In this document: positions 28,404-39,146 of the stretch, in pieces
Position numbering within the stretch: the stretch's first letter is position 1
Layout: each line of letters opens with the position of its first letter
Source of the DNA: a virus
Taxonomy: Duplodnaviria > Caudoviricetes
DNA: 64,000 nucleotides
Virus record (IMG/VR): IMGVR_UViG_3300033072_000723
Location: 6,259 to 70,258 of that record
Strand: one strand, 5' to 3'
The notes under the pieces: generated by a model
Told to the model about the DNA's origin: nothing
Databases searched by the model: none
Seen by the model: the letters and a program-made list of their open reading frames with translations, nothing else
Translations under genes and position numbers: made by a program

Positions 28404-29591
28404 ATGGGCTGGCAGGACTATTTCCAGGCACCGAGCTTTCCCGGCAAGGACCCCCGTAGCGTCGGCCAGCAGTTGGGCGACCTTGTCCCGGCGTGGATGA
28501 CCGACCGGTACTGGGGGATGATGCCGCCCGACCCTCGGGCGGAACAGGCCATCTCGCGCATGCGCGCCGCCACCCAGATAATGCCCGGCGACATGCCGGT
28601 CGGCGCACCCATTCCCCAGGCCATGCCGCCGCAGGGGTTCGCGCCCCAGCCGGCAAACCGGGGCGACCCAGAGTCGCCGACCGGCGCACCGCGCCCGGCC
28701 GCGCGGCTCAACCCGGGCGGCGCGATGCCGAGCACGACACCGGACGTGATCCAGACGGCCATGGCCCCCGTGGGCGGGTCGGCGGGGCCTGGCACCGAGA
28801 TTTACGGCGAGACCTACCCGACGGCCCCTATGCCCCCTATGCCTCAGCAGCCCAGCGCGGCCCGGGGCGTGATCGAGGAGGCCATGGCCAACCGGGGCGA
28901 CAAGGCCCCCTGGCTGGCGCTGGCCGCCGCTGGGTTCGGCACCGCCGCCGGCACAAGCCCGCATGCCATGGTCAATATCGGACAGGGCGGTCTCAAAGGC
29001 ATCGAGATGTACGACCGCATGTCGGACAGGGCGGCCCGAGACCGCCTGGCCGCCGCAACTACCGTGACCGGCATCGAGCAGCAGGACCGCCAAGCCGGGT
29101 TCCGGCAGCAGGAGTTGGGCCAGGGCGAGCAGCGCATCGGTATTGCGCGCGACGAACTCCGTTCCAAGGACGCGGACCGCAAACAGGCGCGCGAGGACGC
29201 GGCGGCGAAGCTGCGCCACGAGGAGCGCAAGCTGGACGCCGAGCGCCCAGAGCGAGCTGCGCGCGCCGATTACTACAGCGCCCAGGCCGAGTACACACGC
29301 GACATCAAGGGCCGCAACCCGCAGGCAATGCAGCGCGATGCGGACATTGCGGCCGACCGCGAGGCCAAGGCAGCGGCCATGGACACGGCCATGGGCAAGC
29401 CTGATCCGGCGAAGTACCAGCAGATACTCCCGATGAAGAAGATCGAGAGCTATGTGGCGCGCGGTATCCCGCTGACGCCAGACCTGAAAGCCTACGCCAT
29501 GTCGCAAGCCAAGGCGGCGATCGCCAAGGGGGCTGATCCTTCGGCGGTCAACCAGCGCCTGATGCAGATGGGCATCGCGGTCGAGGAATAA
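28404..29591 (+). CDS. Internal virion/ejection protein
   Basis: P-rich N-terminus, hydrophobic WLALAAAGFG..IGQGGLKG segment, coiled coil. Confidence 0.6.
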   Translation: MGWQDYFQAPSFPGKDPRSVGQQLGDLVPAWMTDRYWGMMPPDPRAEQAISRMRAATQIMPGDMPVGAPIPQAMPPQGFAPQPANRGDPESPTGAPRPAARLNPGGAMPSTTPDVIQTAMAPVGGSAGPGTEIYGETYPTAPMPPMPQQPSAARGVIEEAMANRGDKAPWLALAAAGFGTAAGTSPHAMVNIGQGGLKGIEMYDRMSDRAARDRLAAATTVTGIEQQDRQAGFRQQELGQGEQRIGIARDELRSKDADRKQAREDAAAKLRHEERKLDAERPERAARADYYSAQAEYTRDIKGRNPQAMQRDADIAADREAKAAAMDTAMGKPDPAKYQQILPMKKIESYVARGIPLTPDLKAYAMSQAKAAIAKGADPSAVNQRLMQMGIAVEE

Positions 29592-32500
29592 ATGCTCTTC
29601 GACGACCTCACGCCAGCGGCCGGGGGCGCGCCAACGAAAGGCGCTGCGGCTCCTGTTGCGGACAGCGGCGGCCTGTTTGGGGATTTGGTCCCCGCGCAGG
29701 CCACGACGTCCGAACGCGGCATGGGCGATATCTTCGGCAGCGCCATCTCGCGCGGCTGGTCCCAGAACGTCGGCCTGCTTACCGAGGCGCTGCCCGCGCT
29801 CGCCTACAGCGTGGCGGGGAACGAAGCCGAGGCACAGCGCAAGCTTGGCGAGTACCAGGCGCGGCTGGCCGAGATTGCTAAGACCAACCCGGCGGTCATC
29901 GAGAGCTTTTCCAAGATCGGTTCGCTGGGCGACGCAGTCACGTACCTGGCCGAGGCCGTCGGCGAGAACCTGCCGAGCATGGTGCCTGGCCTTGGCGGCG
30001 CGGGACTGGGCGCGCTGGCAGGGCGGACCATCGCCAAGAGCGCGGCCGGCACGGCCGCCGGCATGACGGCTGGCGCGGTCGCCGGGTCGGCGGTGCAGAA
30101 CATCCCCGAGACCTTTGCGGACGTGGCCCAGGAGACCGGCCAGCAGCGTCCGGGCGTGGCCATGGCGTTCGGCGGCCTCAAGGCCGGGCTCGACGCCATC
30201 CCGTCGGTCATGGCCCTGAAGCGCGCGTTCGGCCCGGCCATTACGGACAAGATCGCCGGAAACATTCTGAAACGTATGGGCGTGGGTGCCGCCGAGCAGT
30301 TCGCCGCCGAGGGCGCGACCGAGGCTGGGCAAGAAGCGCTTGATATCGCGGCGGCCCGGTATGTGGACGAGAACCGCGAGCTGTTTACCAAGGAAAACCT
30401 GGTTCGCATTGCCGACGCCGGCCTCAAGGGTGGCCTTGGCGGCGCGACCCTGGGTGGACTGACCGGCGCAATCCAGCGGCCTGGCGCGCCCCCATCAGAC
30501 CAGCCAGGGGCCCCGGACACGGGACCTGTTCTGTCTGATACCCATCGCCAGTATCTGCGCGAGATGGGGCTTAGCGACCAGGCCATCAACGAAGACCTGG
30601 CCCGCGCCCAGGTCTGGGCCGAACGGATTGCGGCCAGAAGGGCTGCGGACACAGAGCCGTTCCGACCGAGCGTCGAGCCCGAACTTCCAACCAGCGAAGA
30701 TATCAACAACGAGCCGTCGAAGCAGGAGCGCCGGGCTGCTTACCGGACGATTGCCGGGGTAGATGCCGAAACCGAGCGCCGCGCCAACGAAGCAGCGGGC
30801 ATTGCTGCTGGAGAAATTAACCCGGCAGCTGCCAGCACGGCGGCCCGCGTCCCGCCGCCGGGGGGCGTCTTTACGGCTACTTCCGTGGGGGTGGCTAGGC
30901 CCGGGGATGTCGGCGGTCTTTCTGGGATTGAGCGCCTGACGCAGCAGATCGGGGCCAACCCCGCCGCCTTTGTCCAGCGCACCTTGGGTATTCCGGAGTC
31001 TCAGTTCCGGGTAATGCCGCAGCAGGCCCAGCACAGGCTGCTCGTGGCCGCAATGGAGCAGGCGCAGGTCCAGCAGCCGGGCCCGACCTACCAAGTCCAG
31101 GACACGTCCGGCCAAGGCCCCACCAGCGCCGCGCCAGCGCCCATGCGTGAGGCTCGCGGCGCCCCCTATGCCGGAGCCGCCGAGAACCCAGAGGCGCGCG
31201 TACAGCCCACCAGCGCGGAAATTGACGCCACGGGCGGCCAGAGGATCAACCCGCGTGGCCCGGCTCCGACGGGTGTAGGCATCGGCGGCTCCGAGCGTCC
31301 GTTCCCGGCTGGCCCGGACAGTTCCGGGCTGGATTTCGGTAATCGCCGCAGCTGGGGTGCCCCGAGGGACCCGGAGGCGGAGTTCTTTGAGCGCCGCGCC
31401 AACGAGATGGCCGCCCGAGCCAAGGCCGCCCAGCAAGAAGAAATGCAGCGCCGGCAGGAAGCCTATACCCGCTGGAGGCAGGCTGACGAAGCCAGGAAGC
31501 GCGCCCAGAACGAGGAAGACCTGCGCCGCCGCTACAGCGAGGGCCAGCAGTACCGGGACTACGAGGGGGCCTACCGCGAGCAGACCGGCCAGTCCCGCTG
31601 GGGCAACGCCGACTACTCGTTCAAGCAGGGCAAATATACCCCACACCCCAAGCCGTTCGACGCCGAGGGCAACTACCCGGTGGACGAGAACGGCTTCGTG
31701 ACTTCGACCGGCGGCGGCCCAATCGTGTTCCCGACCCAGAAAGCAGCCGGGCGCTGGATTCTGGACCACGGGAATAAGCGCGGCAGACAGGTGTTCGAGC
31801 CGGCCAATCACCCGGGCGTTAACGGCAAATTCACAGTTTACCAGCGTGGAATGACGGAGCCCGAGCAGGGGCCCGGCCCAGAAAGCGGGGGGCCCGGACC
31901 GTCCGCATCGTCCGCACCGTCCGCGCGGCCTGCCCTGGCTCCTCCGGCCGCGCCAAATCAGACCCAGACCCCGGGGCGCCCTTCCCCGGGTCAGGCGGAA
32001 GGGCCGTCTCCCGAGCCCACCGCCGCCGCGCCCGGAGCTGCCCCCGTCTCTCCGGACGCACCGCAGCCGGCCCCTGACTCACCCCGGGGGCCGGCTGCCA
32101 CGAAGCCGAAGAAGGGCCGTGGCCCCGCTTCGCTTTGGGAGTTTATAGCCAGTCGTGGCGGCATCAAAGACTCCGACGGCGAACTCAAGGCCATGGGCAT
32201 CACCAGCAAGCGCTTGGTCCCGGGCGCTGGGCCGCTGGTGCGTGCGCAGGGCCTGTCTTACGACGCGATGCGCGAAGCCGTTGAAGAGGCCGGCTACATC
32301 CGCTCGTCCAATCCTGACGCAACGACAACACCACGCGACCTGTTGGACGCTATCCAGCGCGAGATGCCGTACTGGACAGCGCCGCGCGGGACAAAGCGCA
32401 AAGACACCCGCATCTATGCCGCCGAAGACCAGGGTGAAGCGGACGCCCGCCGTGAAGCGCGAACCGCTGAAGAATATGACCGCCGCGAACAAATGGAGCG

Positions 32501-35500
32501 CGCTGCGGCGAGGCTCGGGGTTGACTACAACCCAGGCATTTCCGACGCGGAGCTAGAACGTCTGATCGATGCCAAGGTCTCAGAGATGGAAGCCGATGTT
32601 TCTCCGTCGGAACCATACCGGGGCAGCGACGATCTGATGGGCGGCATCCCCGGGTTCGAGCCCAGCGTTGATCGCACACCAATCGGCGACCAGTACGTTG
32701 TTCCCGGCGCAGAAAAAATCAGCGACCGGGAAATGGCCGAGCGTCAGGGCCAGAAGCCGCTGCGCAGCGATGCCGAACAGAAGCCGGCGGACGAGGGGCT
32801 GTTCGATGTGGAAGGGCGCAAGCAGGACGGCTTGTTCTCCCGCAAAGCCCCCGGTTTCTATTCCGCGCTGACCGATGCCGTCCAGAACCTGTCCATTAAG
32901 TCCGCGCCTGCTACCCAGTGGCAGGGCGTGATCAACAACCTGACCACGAAGGGCGTGAAACAGGCTGAGATCGACTGGTCCATGATCGGCGACTGGCTGA
33001 GCAAGAAGACTGGGCCGATCACCAAGGATCAGGTCGTCCAGTATCTGCGCGACAACGAGGTGCAGGTTGAGGAGGTTGTGCGTGGGGCCGAGGATGCGCC
33101 CACCAAATACGGCGACTACACGCTGCCCGGTGGCGAGAACTACCGCGAGCTGCTGCTGACGCTGCCGGAGAAAGCCAGCACGCGCGGGCCAAAAGGCTGG
33201 GGGGATACCGCTGGCGGCACCTCTGACTCTGCGAATTTTCGCTCCGGTCACTTCGACGAGCCCAACATCGTCGCGCACGTCCGCTTCAACGAGCGCACGG
33301 ATGCCGATGGCCGCCGCGTGCTGTTCATCGAGGAAATCCAGTCGGACTGGCACCAGCAGGGCAAGCGCCAGGGGTACGGCAATCCAGCTGCCGATAAGAA
33401 GGCTCTGGCTGACCTAGAAGCCGACATGCGGCAAAAAGCTAAAACGTATTATTCTCAATACCTAACAGAAAAAGACACGCCAGAGGAACACGCGACCGCT
33501 GCGCGGCTTGGCCAAAAGCTGTCCGAGAGGAACGATATTGCCTCGATTGCATCGGTGCTTGGCCGGGGGCTTGAATACGAGCTTGCTCTTTCGCGCGCAA
33601 TGTACGGCGACCGTAGGCCGCCCGACGCCCCGTTCAAAACCCAGTGGCCTGAGCTGGCGTTCAAGCGTGCCCTGCGCTGGGCTGCCGAGAACGGCTTCGA
33701 CCGCGTGGCGTGGACTACAGGCGAGCAGCAGGCTGACCGGTATAACCTGAGCAAGCAGGTGGACTCGATCGAGGTCGAGACGTTTGGCCAGGGTGACGAG
33801 GCTTTCCGCACGGTCGATATTTATACAAATGGCGGCTACACGATCGACCTAGAAGTAGACAAAAACGGCCTCGTCACCAGCTCCGAGCCCGCAGAGCTAA
33901 ACGGCAAACGCTTGGATGAAGTCGTCGGCAAGGACATGGCCGATAAGATCATGTCCGGTGGCGACCAGATCATCTCCGGCGACGGCCTCAAGATGGGCGG
34001 CGAGGGCATGCGCGGCTTCTACGACAAGATGCTGCCGGCCATGGCATCCAAGCTGGGTAAGAAGTACGGCGCTGCGGTTGGGAAGACGAAGCTGTCGCTG
34101 AACCACGACGCGTCCAACAATGACCTGAAGCCGTGGAACGTGGCGGCAGTAGACACCATCATTCGTCATGGCGGCGAGGTATATGCGGTTATTCCAGAGC
34201 TTGGCGGAGAAACCCGCATCTCCACCCAGGATGAATTGAACGATGTTATCGGCGGCATCGAAGGCGATCCACAAGGCTACTACATAGGCGACACTGGCGG
34301 GGAGGCTTCCGTCCACTCCATGGACATCACGCCCGCCATGAAGGCGTCCGTCATGGGACGCGGCATGCCGATGTGGGCCATGGGCAAGCGCGACCGTGAG
34401 ACGCGGGCCACTTCGTCTGGCGGGGACAGGGTCGGCGCTACGATCCAGACGCGCGCCGAGACCAGCGATCAGCGCAAACAAGCCACCGACAGCTTGCGCG
34501 CCATCCTGCGCAAGCTGGCCGGCGACAAGGTGGACGTGTCCGTTGTGGACCGGATCGTCGGCGACGACGAGGCGTTCTCGGATGCTGGTGGTTACTACAC
34601 GTCCGATGCCGGCCGACGCATGATCTATATAGCCATGTCCAGTCCCGAGGACATGGCCGCCATCCTGCGCCACGAGACCATCCATGCGCTGCGCGACCTG
34701 GGCGTGATCAGCGCCAAGGACTGGCGCGTGCTGGAAAACCAAGCGGCTGGTTGGCGCAAGAAGTACGGCATCAACGAAGCCTATGCCGGCCTCGATCTCA
34801 GCCAGGAAAAGATGAACGAGGAGGGCATCGCCGACGCTTATGCCGCGTGGGTGTCCGGCCAATACAAGCCCGTGTCTGTTGTCGAAAATGTGTTCAAGCA
34901 GATCAGGGCGTTCTTTGAGGCGCTGCGCAACTGGGCACAAGGCAACGGCTGGCAGACCGCAGAGGACGTGTTCGAGGCGATCGAGGGCGGGGCCATGTCC
35001 GAGGCCGAGTTCAACCGCACGCCAATGACGCGCGGCAACGCCTTCGCCATGTCCAGGGCCGGCATGAAGCAGCAAGCCAACGGCGTGCTGGACATGATCA
35101 AAAACATCGGCTCGGTCATGGACCGTCTGAGCAATCCGCTGGTCACGCTTCCCGGCGACTGGCGGAACTACTTCGAGATGCGCGGCATGGCCAAGGGAGA
35201 AATCCAGCGCATCCAGGAGCATCTTGCCGGCATGCGTGACCTGATCGGCTTGCCCAAGGCCGAGCGCGACGCGGCTCTGCGCTACATGACCACCAAGGGC
35301 GCTGCCCCGTCCATGATCCATGACCCGCAGAAGCGCGCGAAGTTCGTGGAGATGAAGCAGGAGATCGTTAAACTGGGACAGCAGCTGGTGGACGCCGGCA
35401 TGCTGAACGAGGCCACGTACCGCACCAACAGAGACAGCTACCTGCCGCGCGTCTACCTGAAGTTCGTTCTGGACGAAGCCGCCAACCGTCGTGGTGTCGG

Positions 35501-37403
35501 CACTGGCGCGCGTATCGGCGCCCAGGGCTACCTGAAGCAGCGACAGGATATTCCAGAAGACGTGCGCAAGCTGGTCTATGGCGAGATCGACGATCCGGGC
35601 TTCCTGGCCGTGCGCTCGATCAGCGTCGTGGCCACGGACCTGGCCAAGTTCAACTTGCTTCAGAAGGTGTCCAATAACCCGGACTGGGTAGCGGAGCCCA
35701 AGAAGCAGTTCGTGGAATGGAAAAAGAAGAAGTACACGCCGCAAGCGCTCAAGGCCCAGGCAGATCAGCTGCGCGATATGGTGGACCAGATGCCGGAAGA
35801 GCGCCGCGCGGGCGCGCTCAAGATGGCCCTGGAGATGGAGCATCTGGCCAAGACCAAGCTCAAGGCGCAACCAGAGTTCTCGCAGGACTACAGACAAATT
35901 CCGGACACGTCGCGCTACGGCGCGCTGCGCGGCATGTGGGTGCGCAAGGAAATCTTCAACGACATGATCGGGACGTTTGCCGTCCCCAATCCGGACCCGT
36001 CCTGGGCCGAGCAGGTCCTGGGCATGGGCGGCTGGGCGACCAAGGCGACCCAGTGGTGGAAGTTCGGCAAGGTCGTGGCCAACCCGCCCTCGATCGCGCG
36101 CAACCTCATGTCCGGCATGATCCAGTCCAATGTGTTTGGTCGCATCCCGTTCGCCTACATTCCGATGCGCTACACGCAGGCAATCCAGGAAATCCTCAAG
36201 AACGGCAAGCACTGGCAGGCCGCGCAGAAGTTCGGGATCAAGGGCTCCGGCTTTGCACAGAACGAGTCGGCCAAGATCGAGCGCGCCTTCCTGGCTTACC
36301 AGAAGCAGCAGGGCGGCACGGCCACCGTGCGCAACCTGGCGCGCTTCAAGGACATGATCGCGCATGTCGTGGACATCGCCAGCGACGGCTACCAGTTCAT
36401 CGAGTCCGTCGGCAAGGTCGCCGTGATCATCGATGCCATGGAGCGCCAGGGCCTCAGCGAGCGCGATGCCGTGATCCTTGCCGAGGATGCCCAGTTCGAT
36501 TACTCGAACGTCTCGCCGGCCGTCCGATATCTGCGCAACTCCCCGATCGGCATGCCGTTCGTTACCTACATGAGCAAGGTCGCGCCGCAGCTGATCAAGA
36601 CAGCCGCCACCAGGCCGTGGGCGTTCTTTCCATATATCGCCATGGCGGTCGGGCTGCCCATGCTTACCCAGTACATGCTGGACATCGACGACGACGACCT
36701 GGAGCGTCTGAAGAAGACGTTGCCCAAATGGGCCCAGGAAACCGGCAGCGTGTATCTCCTGCCCTTCAAGGACAGCGCCGGCCGCTGGCATTACTGGAAC
36801 GCCGGCTACGTCCTGCCGTGGGGACAGTTCCAGGACGCGGCCCATAAAGCCTACGCCGGCAAACCTCTGGAAGCCGCCAAGGGCATGGGCATGTTCGGCG
36901 CCCCGCTGGTCAGCCTCATGACTGCGGTCCAGACGGGCATCGACCCGTTTACCCAGCGGCCCATCTATAACAAGGCCGATCCGCCGGGCCGCCAGTGGCG
37001 GGACATCTCGCTCTATCTCTGGTCCATGGCCATGCCGCCGTGGGCCGGCTCGACCGGCTTTGCCAAGAAGCTGCACGACGCCGCGCTTGATGTGCCGATC
37101 GACAAGCAGGGCAACCCGAGCGTGACCATGACGCAGGCCGTGTCCAGTATCTTCGGCATCTCGCTCTACGGTCTCGACCCTGACGTGAACCGCCAGAAGA
37201 ACCTGGCGCAGATGAAGTACGAGATCGACGAGATCAAGCGCCGTCGTGGGTCCATTGCCAAGGACGCGCGTCTGAAGCCGGCGGACAAGAAGGCGTACCT
37301 GGACGAGATCAACGCACACATCGCGGAGAAGGCCAAAGCCATGGCCGAGTACGCGCGCGAGACGAACGTCAATCCCAAGCTCCGGGTGCCGGCGGCGAGG
37401 TAG
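29592..37403 (+). CDS. Giant internal virion protein, large-polyvalent-protein type (2603 aa)
   Basis: Last of the ejection genes; FYSALTDAV, IEEIQSDWHQQGK, zincin-like RHETIHAL, C-terminal DPFTQRPIY block. Confidence 0.7.
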   Translation: MLFDDLTPAAGGAPTKGAAAPVADSGGLFGDLVPAQATTSERGMGDIFGSAISRGWSQNVGLLTEALPALAYSVAGNEAEAQRKLGEYQARLAEIAKTNPAVIESFSKIGSLGDAVTYLAEAVGENLPSMVPGLGGAGLGALAGRTIAKSAAGTAAGMTAGAVAGSAVQNIPETFADVAQETGQQRPGVAMAFGGLKAGLDAIPSVMALKRAFGPAITDKIAGNILKRMGVGAAEQFAAEGATEAGQEALDIAAARYVDENRELFTKENLVRIADAGLKGGLGGATLGGLTGAIQRPGAPPSDQPGAPDTGPVLSDTHRQYLREMGLSDQAINEDLARAQVWAERIAARRAADTEPFRPSVEPELPTSEDINNEPSKQERRAAYRTIAGVDAETERRANEAAGIAAGEINPAAASTAARVPPPGGVFTATSVGVARPGDVGGLSGIERLTQQIGANPAAFVQRTLGIPESQFRVMPQQAQHRLLVAAMEQAQVQQPGPTYQVQDTSGQGPTSAAPAPMREARGAPYAGAAENPEARVQPTSAEIDATGGQRINPRGPAPTGVGIGGSERPFPAGPDSSGLDFGNRRSWGAPRDPEAEFFERRANEMAARAKAAQQEEMQRRQEAYTRWRQADEARKRAQNEEDLRRRYSEGQQYRDYEGAYREQTGQSRWGNADYSFKQGKYTPHPKPFDAEGNYPVDENGFVTSTGGGPIVFPTQKAAGRWILDHGNKRGRQVFEPANHPGVNGKFTVYQRGMTEPEQGPGPESGGPGPSASSAPSARPALAPPAAPNQTQTPGRPSPGQAEGPSPEPTAAAPGAAPVSPDAPQPAPDSPRGPAATKPKKGRGPASLWEFIASRGGIKDSDGELKAMGITSKRLVPGAGPLVRAQGLSYDAMREAVEEAGYIRSSNPDATTTPRDLLDAIQREMPYWTAPRGTKRKDTRIYAAEDQGEADARREARTAEEYDRREQMERAAARLGVDYNPGISDAELERLIDAKVSEMEADVSPSEPYRGSDDLMGGIPGFEPSVDRTPIGDQYVVPGAEKISDREMAERQGQKPLRSDAEQKPADEGLFDVEGRKQDGLFSRKAPGFYSALTDAVQNLSIKSAPATQWQGVINNLTTKGVKQAEIDWSMIGDWLSKKTGPITKDQVVQYLRDNEVQVEEVVRGAEDAPTKYGDYTLPGGENYRELLLTLPEKASTRGPKGWGDTAGGTSDSANFRSGHFDEPNIVAHVRFNERTDADGRRVLFIEEIQSDWHQQGKRQGYGNPAADKKALADLEADMRQKAKTYYSQYLTEKDTPEEHATAARLGQKLSERNDIASIASVLGRGLEYELALSRAMYGDRRPPDAPFKTQWPELAFKRALRWAAENGFDRVAWTTGEQQADRYNLSKQVDSIEVETFGQGDEAFRTVDIYTNGGYTIDLEVDKNGLVTSSEPAELNGKRLDEVVGKDMADKIMSGGDQIISGDGLKMGGEGMRGFYDKMLPAMASKLGKKYGAAVGKTKLSLNHDASNNDLKPWNVAAVDTIIRHGGEVYAVIPELGGETRISTQDELNDVIGGIEGDPQGYYIGDTGGEASVHSMDITPAMKASVMGRGMPMWAMGKRDRETRATSSGGDRVGATIQTRAETSDQRKQATDSLRAILRKLAGDKVDVSVVDRIVGDDEAFSDAGGYYTSDAGRRMIYIAMSSPEDMAAILRHETIHALRDLGVISAKDWRVLENQAAGWRKKYGINEAYAGLDLSQEKMNEEGIADAYAAWVSGQYKPVSVVENVFKQIRAFFEALRNWAQGNGWQTAEDVFEAIEGGAMSEAEFNRTPMTRGNAFAMSRAGMKQQANGVLDMIKNIGSVMDRLSNPLVTLPGDWRNYFEMRGMAKGEIQRIQEHLAGMRDLIGLPKAERDAALRYMTTKGAAPSMIHDPQKRAKFVEMKQEIVKLGQQLVDAGMLNEATYRTNRDSYLPRVYLKFVLDEAANRRGVGTGARIGAQGYLKQRQDIPEDVRKLVYGEIDDPGFLAVRSISVVATDLAKFNLLQKVSNNPDWVAEPKKQFVEWKKKKYTPQALKAQADQLRDMVDQMPEERRAGALKMALEMEHLAKTKLKAQPEFSQDYRQIPDTSRYGALRGMWVRKEIFNDMIGTFAVPNPDPSWAEQVLGMGGWATKATQWWKFGKVVANPPSIARNLMSGMIQSNVFGRIPFAYIPMRYTQAIQEILKNGKHWQAAQKFGIKGSGFAQNESAKIERAFLAYQKQQGGTATVRNLARFKDMIAHVVDIASDGYQFIESVGKVAVIIDAMERQGLSERDAVILAEDAQFDYSNVSPAVRYLRNSPIGMPFVTYMSKVAPQLIKTAATRPWAFFPYIAMAVGLPMLTQYMLDIDDDDLERLKKTLPKWAQETGSVYLLPFKDSAGRWHYWNAGYVLPWGQFQDAAHKAYAGKPLEAAKGMGMFGAPLVSLMTAVQTGIDPFTQRPIYNKADPPGRQWRDISLYLWSMAMPPWAGSTGFAKKLHDAALDVPIDKQGNPSVTMTQAVSSIFGISLYGLDPDVNRQKNLAQMKYEIDEIKRRRGSIAKDARLKPADKKAYLDEINAHIAEKAKAMAEYARETNVNPKLRVPAAR

Positions 37404-37405
37404 CG

Positions 37406-37930
37406 ATGACTGACGCAATGCAATGGCGAGACGTACCGGGGTTTCCTGACTACCAAGTCAGCGAAGCCGGGCAGATAAGACGGACAACCAGGAAAAAAGG
37501 TTCTCCTGTTGGCTTGCTGATGCGCCCGCGCCGCCACTCAAACGGGGGGTATCTGCGCTACACACTGTCGCGCGACGGACTGAAGTTTCATGTTTACGCC
37601 CACCGTTGCGTCGCAGAAGCCTTTCTTGGCGAAGGGCCCCCGGGATCAGACGTGGCACATGGGGACGGCAACCCAACAAACAACCACGCATCCAACCTAC
37701 GCTACGCAACGCGCGCAGAAAACGTCCTGGACACTATTCGACACGGGACAATCTCTGACGGAAGCGACCACCCTCCGGCCAAACTTACGGAGGAACAGGC
37801 AGCGGAGATACGGCACCGATATACTACAGCCAAGCGGCGTGGCCTAGTGGCCGCCATGGCGAAAGAATACGGAGTCTCCACCGCCGCCATAAGCAATATT
37901 GGTCGCAGTGTTTCGTGGAAACGGTTGTAG
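37406..37930 (+). CDS. NUMOD4-HNH endonuclease
   Basis: WRDVPGFPDYQVSEAGQIR (NUMOD4); HRCVAEAF..VAHGDGNPTNNHASNLRYAT (HNH). Confidence 0.88.
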   Translation: MTDAMQWRDVPGFPDYQVSEAGQIRRTTRKKGSPVGLLMRPRRHSNGGYLRYTLSRDGLKFHVYAHRCVAEAFLGEGPPGSDVAHGDGNPTNNHASNLRYATRAENVLDTIRHGTISDGSDHPPAKLTEEQAAEIRHRYTTAKRRGLVAAMAKEYGVSTAAISNIGRSVSWKRL

Positions 37931-37958
37931 CTCCGGAGCGTTGGCATGGAGGGGATAG

Positions 37959-38162
37959 GTGGAATTAGGCACACTTCTCCGTCTGGTTGGCGAGGGCGGC
38001 CCGTACTTGCCTGCGCTCCTGCTCGCTTATGCTTGGCACACAGAGCGGAAGGAAAGAAAGGAACTCCAGGAAGCCCGCGATTTGCTGCTGGAACGGGTCC
38101 TCACAACAATGAACCAAGCAACAACGACCCTGGAAGCATGGCGGCGGATATGGGGTGGGTAA
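37959..38162 (+). CDS. Small membrane protein (holin/antiholin-like)
   Basis: GTG start with GGAGG; one hydrophobic segment then a charged coiled coil. Confidence 0.5.
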   Translation: MELGTLLRLVGEGGPYLPALLLAYAWHTERKERKELQEARDLLLERVLTTMNQATTTLEAWRRIWGG

Positions 38163-38167
38163 AGAAC

Positions 38168-38368
38168 ATGCTCGGCAAAATTTTCGGGACGGCCGTGCCG
38201 ACCCACGACCCGCGTCTAGACGAGGCCGTGGCGCGCTTTACCGCTGAAGTCACTAAAGCGCGAGAAACCATCCGGCGTGTGTCCAATGACGCCGACGCAC
38301 TGGCCGAGCTTGCATCGGCCATCCGCGAGCACGCCAACAAGATACGACCGGGGCCTGGACATGACTAA
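38168..38368 (+). CDS. Hypothetical protein
   Basis: 66 aa helical, overlaps the next start. Confidence 0.5.
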   Translation: MLGKIFGTAVPTHDPRLDEAVARFTAEVTKARETIRRVSNDADALAELASAIREHANKIRPGPGHD

Positions 38369-38762
38369 CTCGATGCAGCTGGAACTTATCAACGCCGCCT
38401 GGGCCACGATCAGCTTCTGGCTGGCGGTCATGATGGCGCGCTACTGCCTGATCAATCTCTACACAGGCGGCTGGGACAAGCCGAGCGTGCATCTGTCCAA
38501 GGGCCTAGCCGTGCTGTTCATGGGCGAGGCGGCCACGCGCGCCTGGGTGTGGTGGGGGAGGGCCGCTGCACGAGACGGCGGAGCCACGGCCTGGATGTTC
38601 ACGTCACCCTGGCTAATTCTATTCTCGCTGATCGCCGTGGCCGGGGCGCTCTGCACGGTCAGGGTAGTTTCGCCTGATCGCTGGGGCCACTGGCGCTGGG
38701 GGGTGCCGGCGGTTCTGGCGACTGCTGTGGTGGCGTGGAGCTGGTGGGGGGTGCAGGGTTAG
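38361..38762 (+). CDS. Multi-pass membrane protein
   Basis: About 4 hydrophobic segments, W-rich. Confidence 0.6.
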   Translation: MTNSMQLELINAAWATISFWLAVMMARYCLINLYTGGWDKPSVHLSKGLAVLFMGEAATRAWVWWGRAAARDGGATAWMFTSPWLILFSLIAVAGALCTVRVVSPDRWGHWRWGVPAVLATAVVAWSWWGVQG

Positions 38763-38955
38763 CAGAAAACACAACATCGTCGAAGTTTTCTTCCTGCACT
38801 ACCTTCATCAGCTTGACCTCGACCTCCACGATGCCGCACTGCTTCACGCACTCGCGGGCTTTTTCCAGGTCTTCGAGGCAGGCGTAGACCCGAGTGCCAC
38901 GGCTATCGCCGGTCAGGTGATAATCGAAGTCCGTCTTGCACATGTAGCCGATCAT
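38659..38955 (-). CDS. Hypothetical protein
   Basis: MIGYMCKTDF...; RBS GGAGGAG; ATGA overlap with the upstream gene. Confidence 0.55.
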   Translation of the reverse strand: MIGYMCKTDFDYHLTGDSRGTRVYACLEDLEKARECVKQCGIVEVEVKLMKVVQEENFDDVVFSANPAPPTSSTPPQQSPEPPAPPSASGPSDQAKLP

Positions 38956-39146
38956 TTCTTCTCCTCCAGTTCCTTCGCCTTCTTCGCGTGGCTCTCCATC
39001 CACTCCCGCCACGCGTCCTCGGTAAACCGCATCACGATCAAACCAAGCGGCGTCAAGCCAGCGGCGTGTGCGGCGACAACTCCCTGCAGATCGACGATCA
39101 GCCGGTGCAGCTTCGTGCCGGTAAATTCTGGTTCGTAATTAGCCAC
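38952..39146 (-). CDS. Hypothetical protein
   Basis: 64 aa, GTG start, coupled in the cassette. Confidence 0.5.
   Translation of the reverse strand: MANYEPEFTGTKLHRLIVDLQGVVAAHAAGLTPLGLIVMRFTEDAWREWMESHAKKAKELEEKK

Noticed and set aside
10943-37418. Very long antisense ORFs (10943-13366, 14773-16329, 18699-20261, 26913-30332, 33897-37418)
   Set aside because: They mirror well-supported genes with strong GC3 bias, which removes stops on the opposite strand; translations are R/A/G-rich with no motifs or RBS
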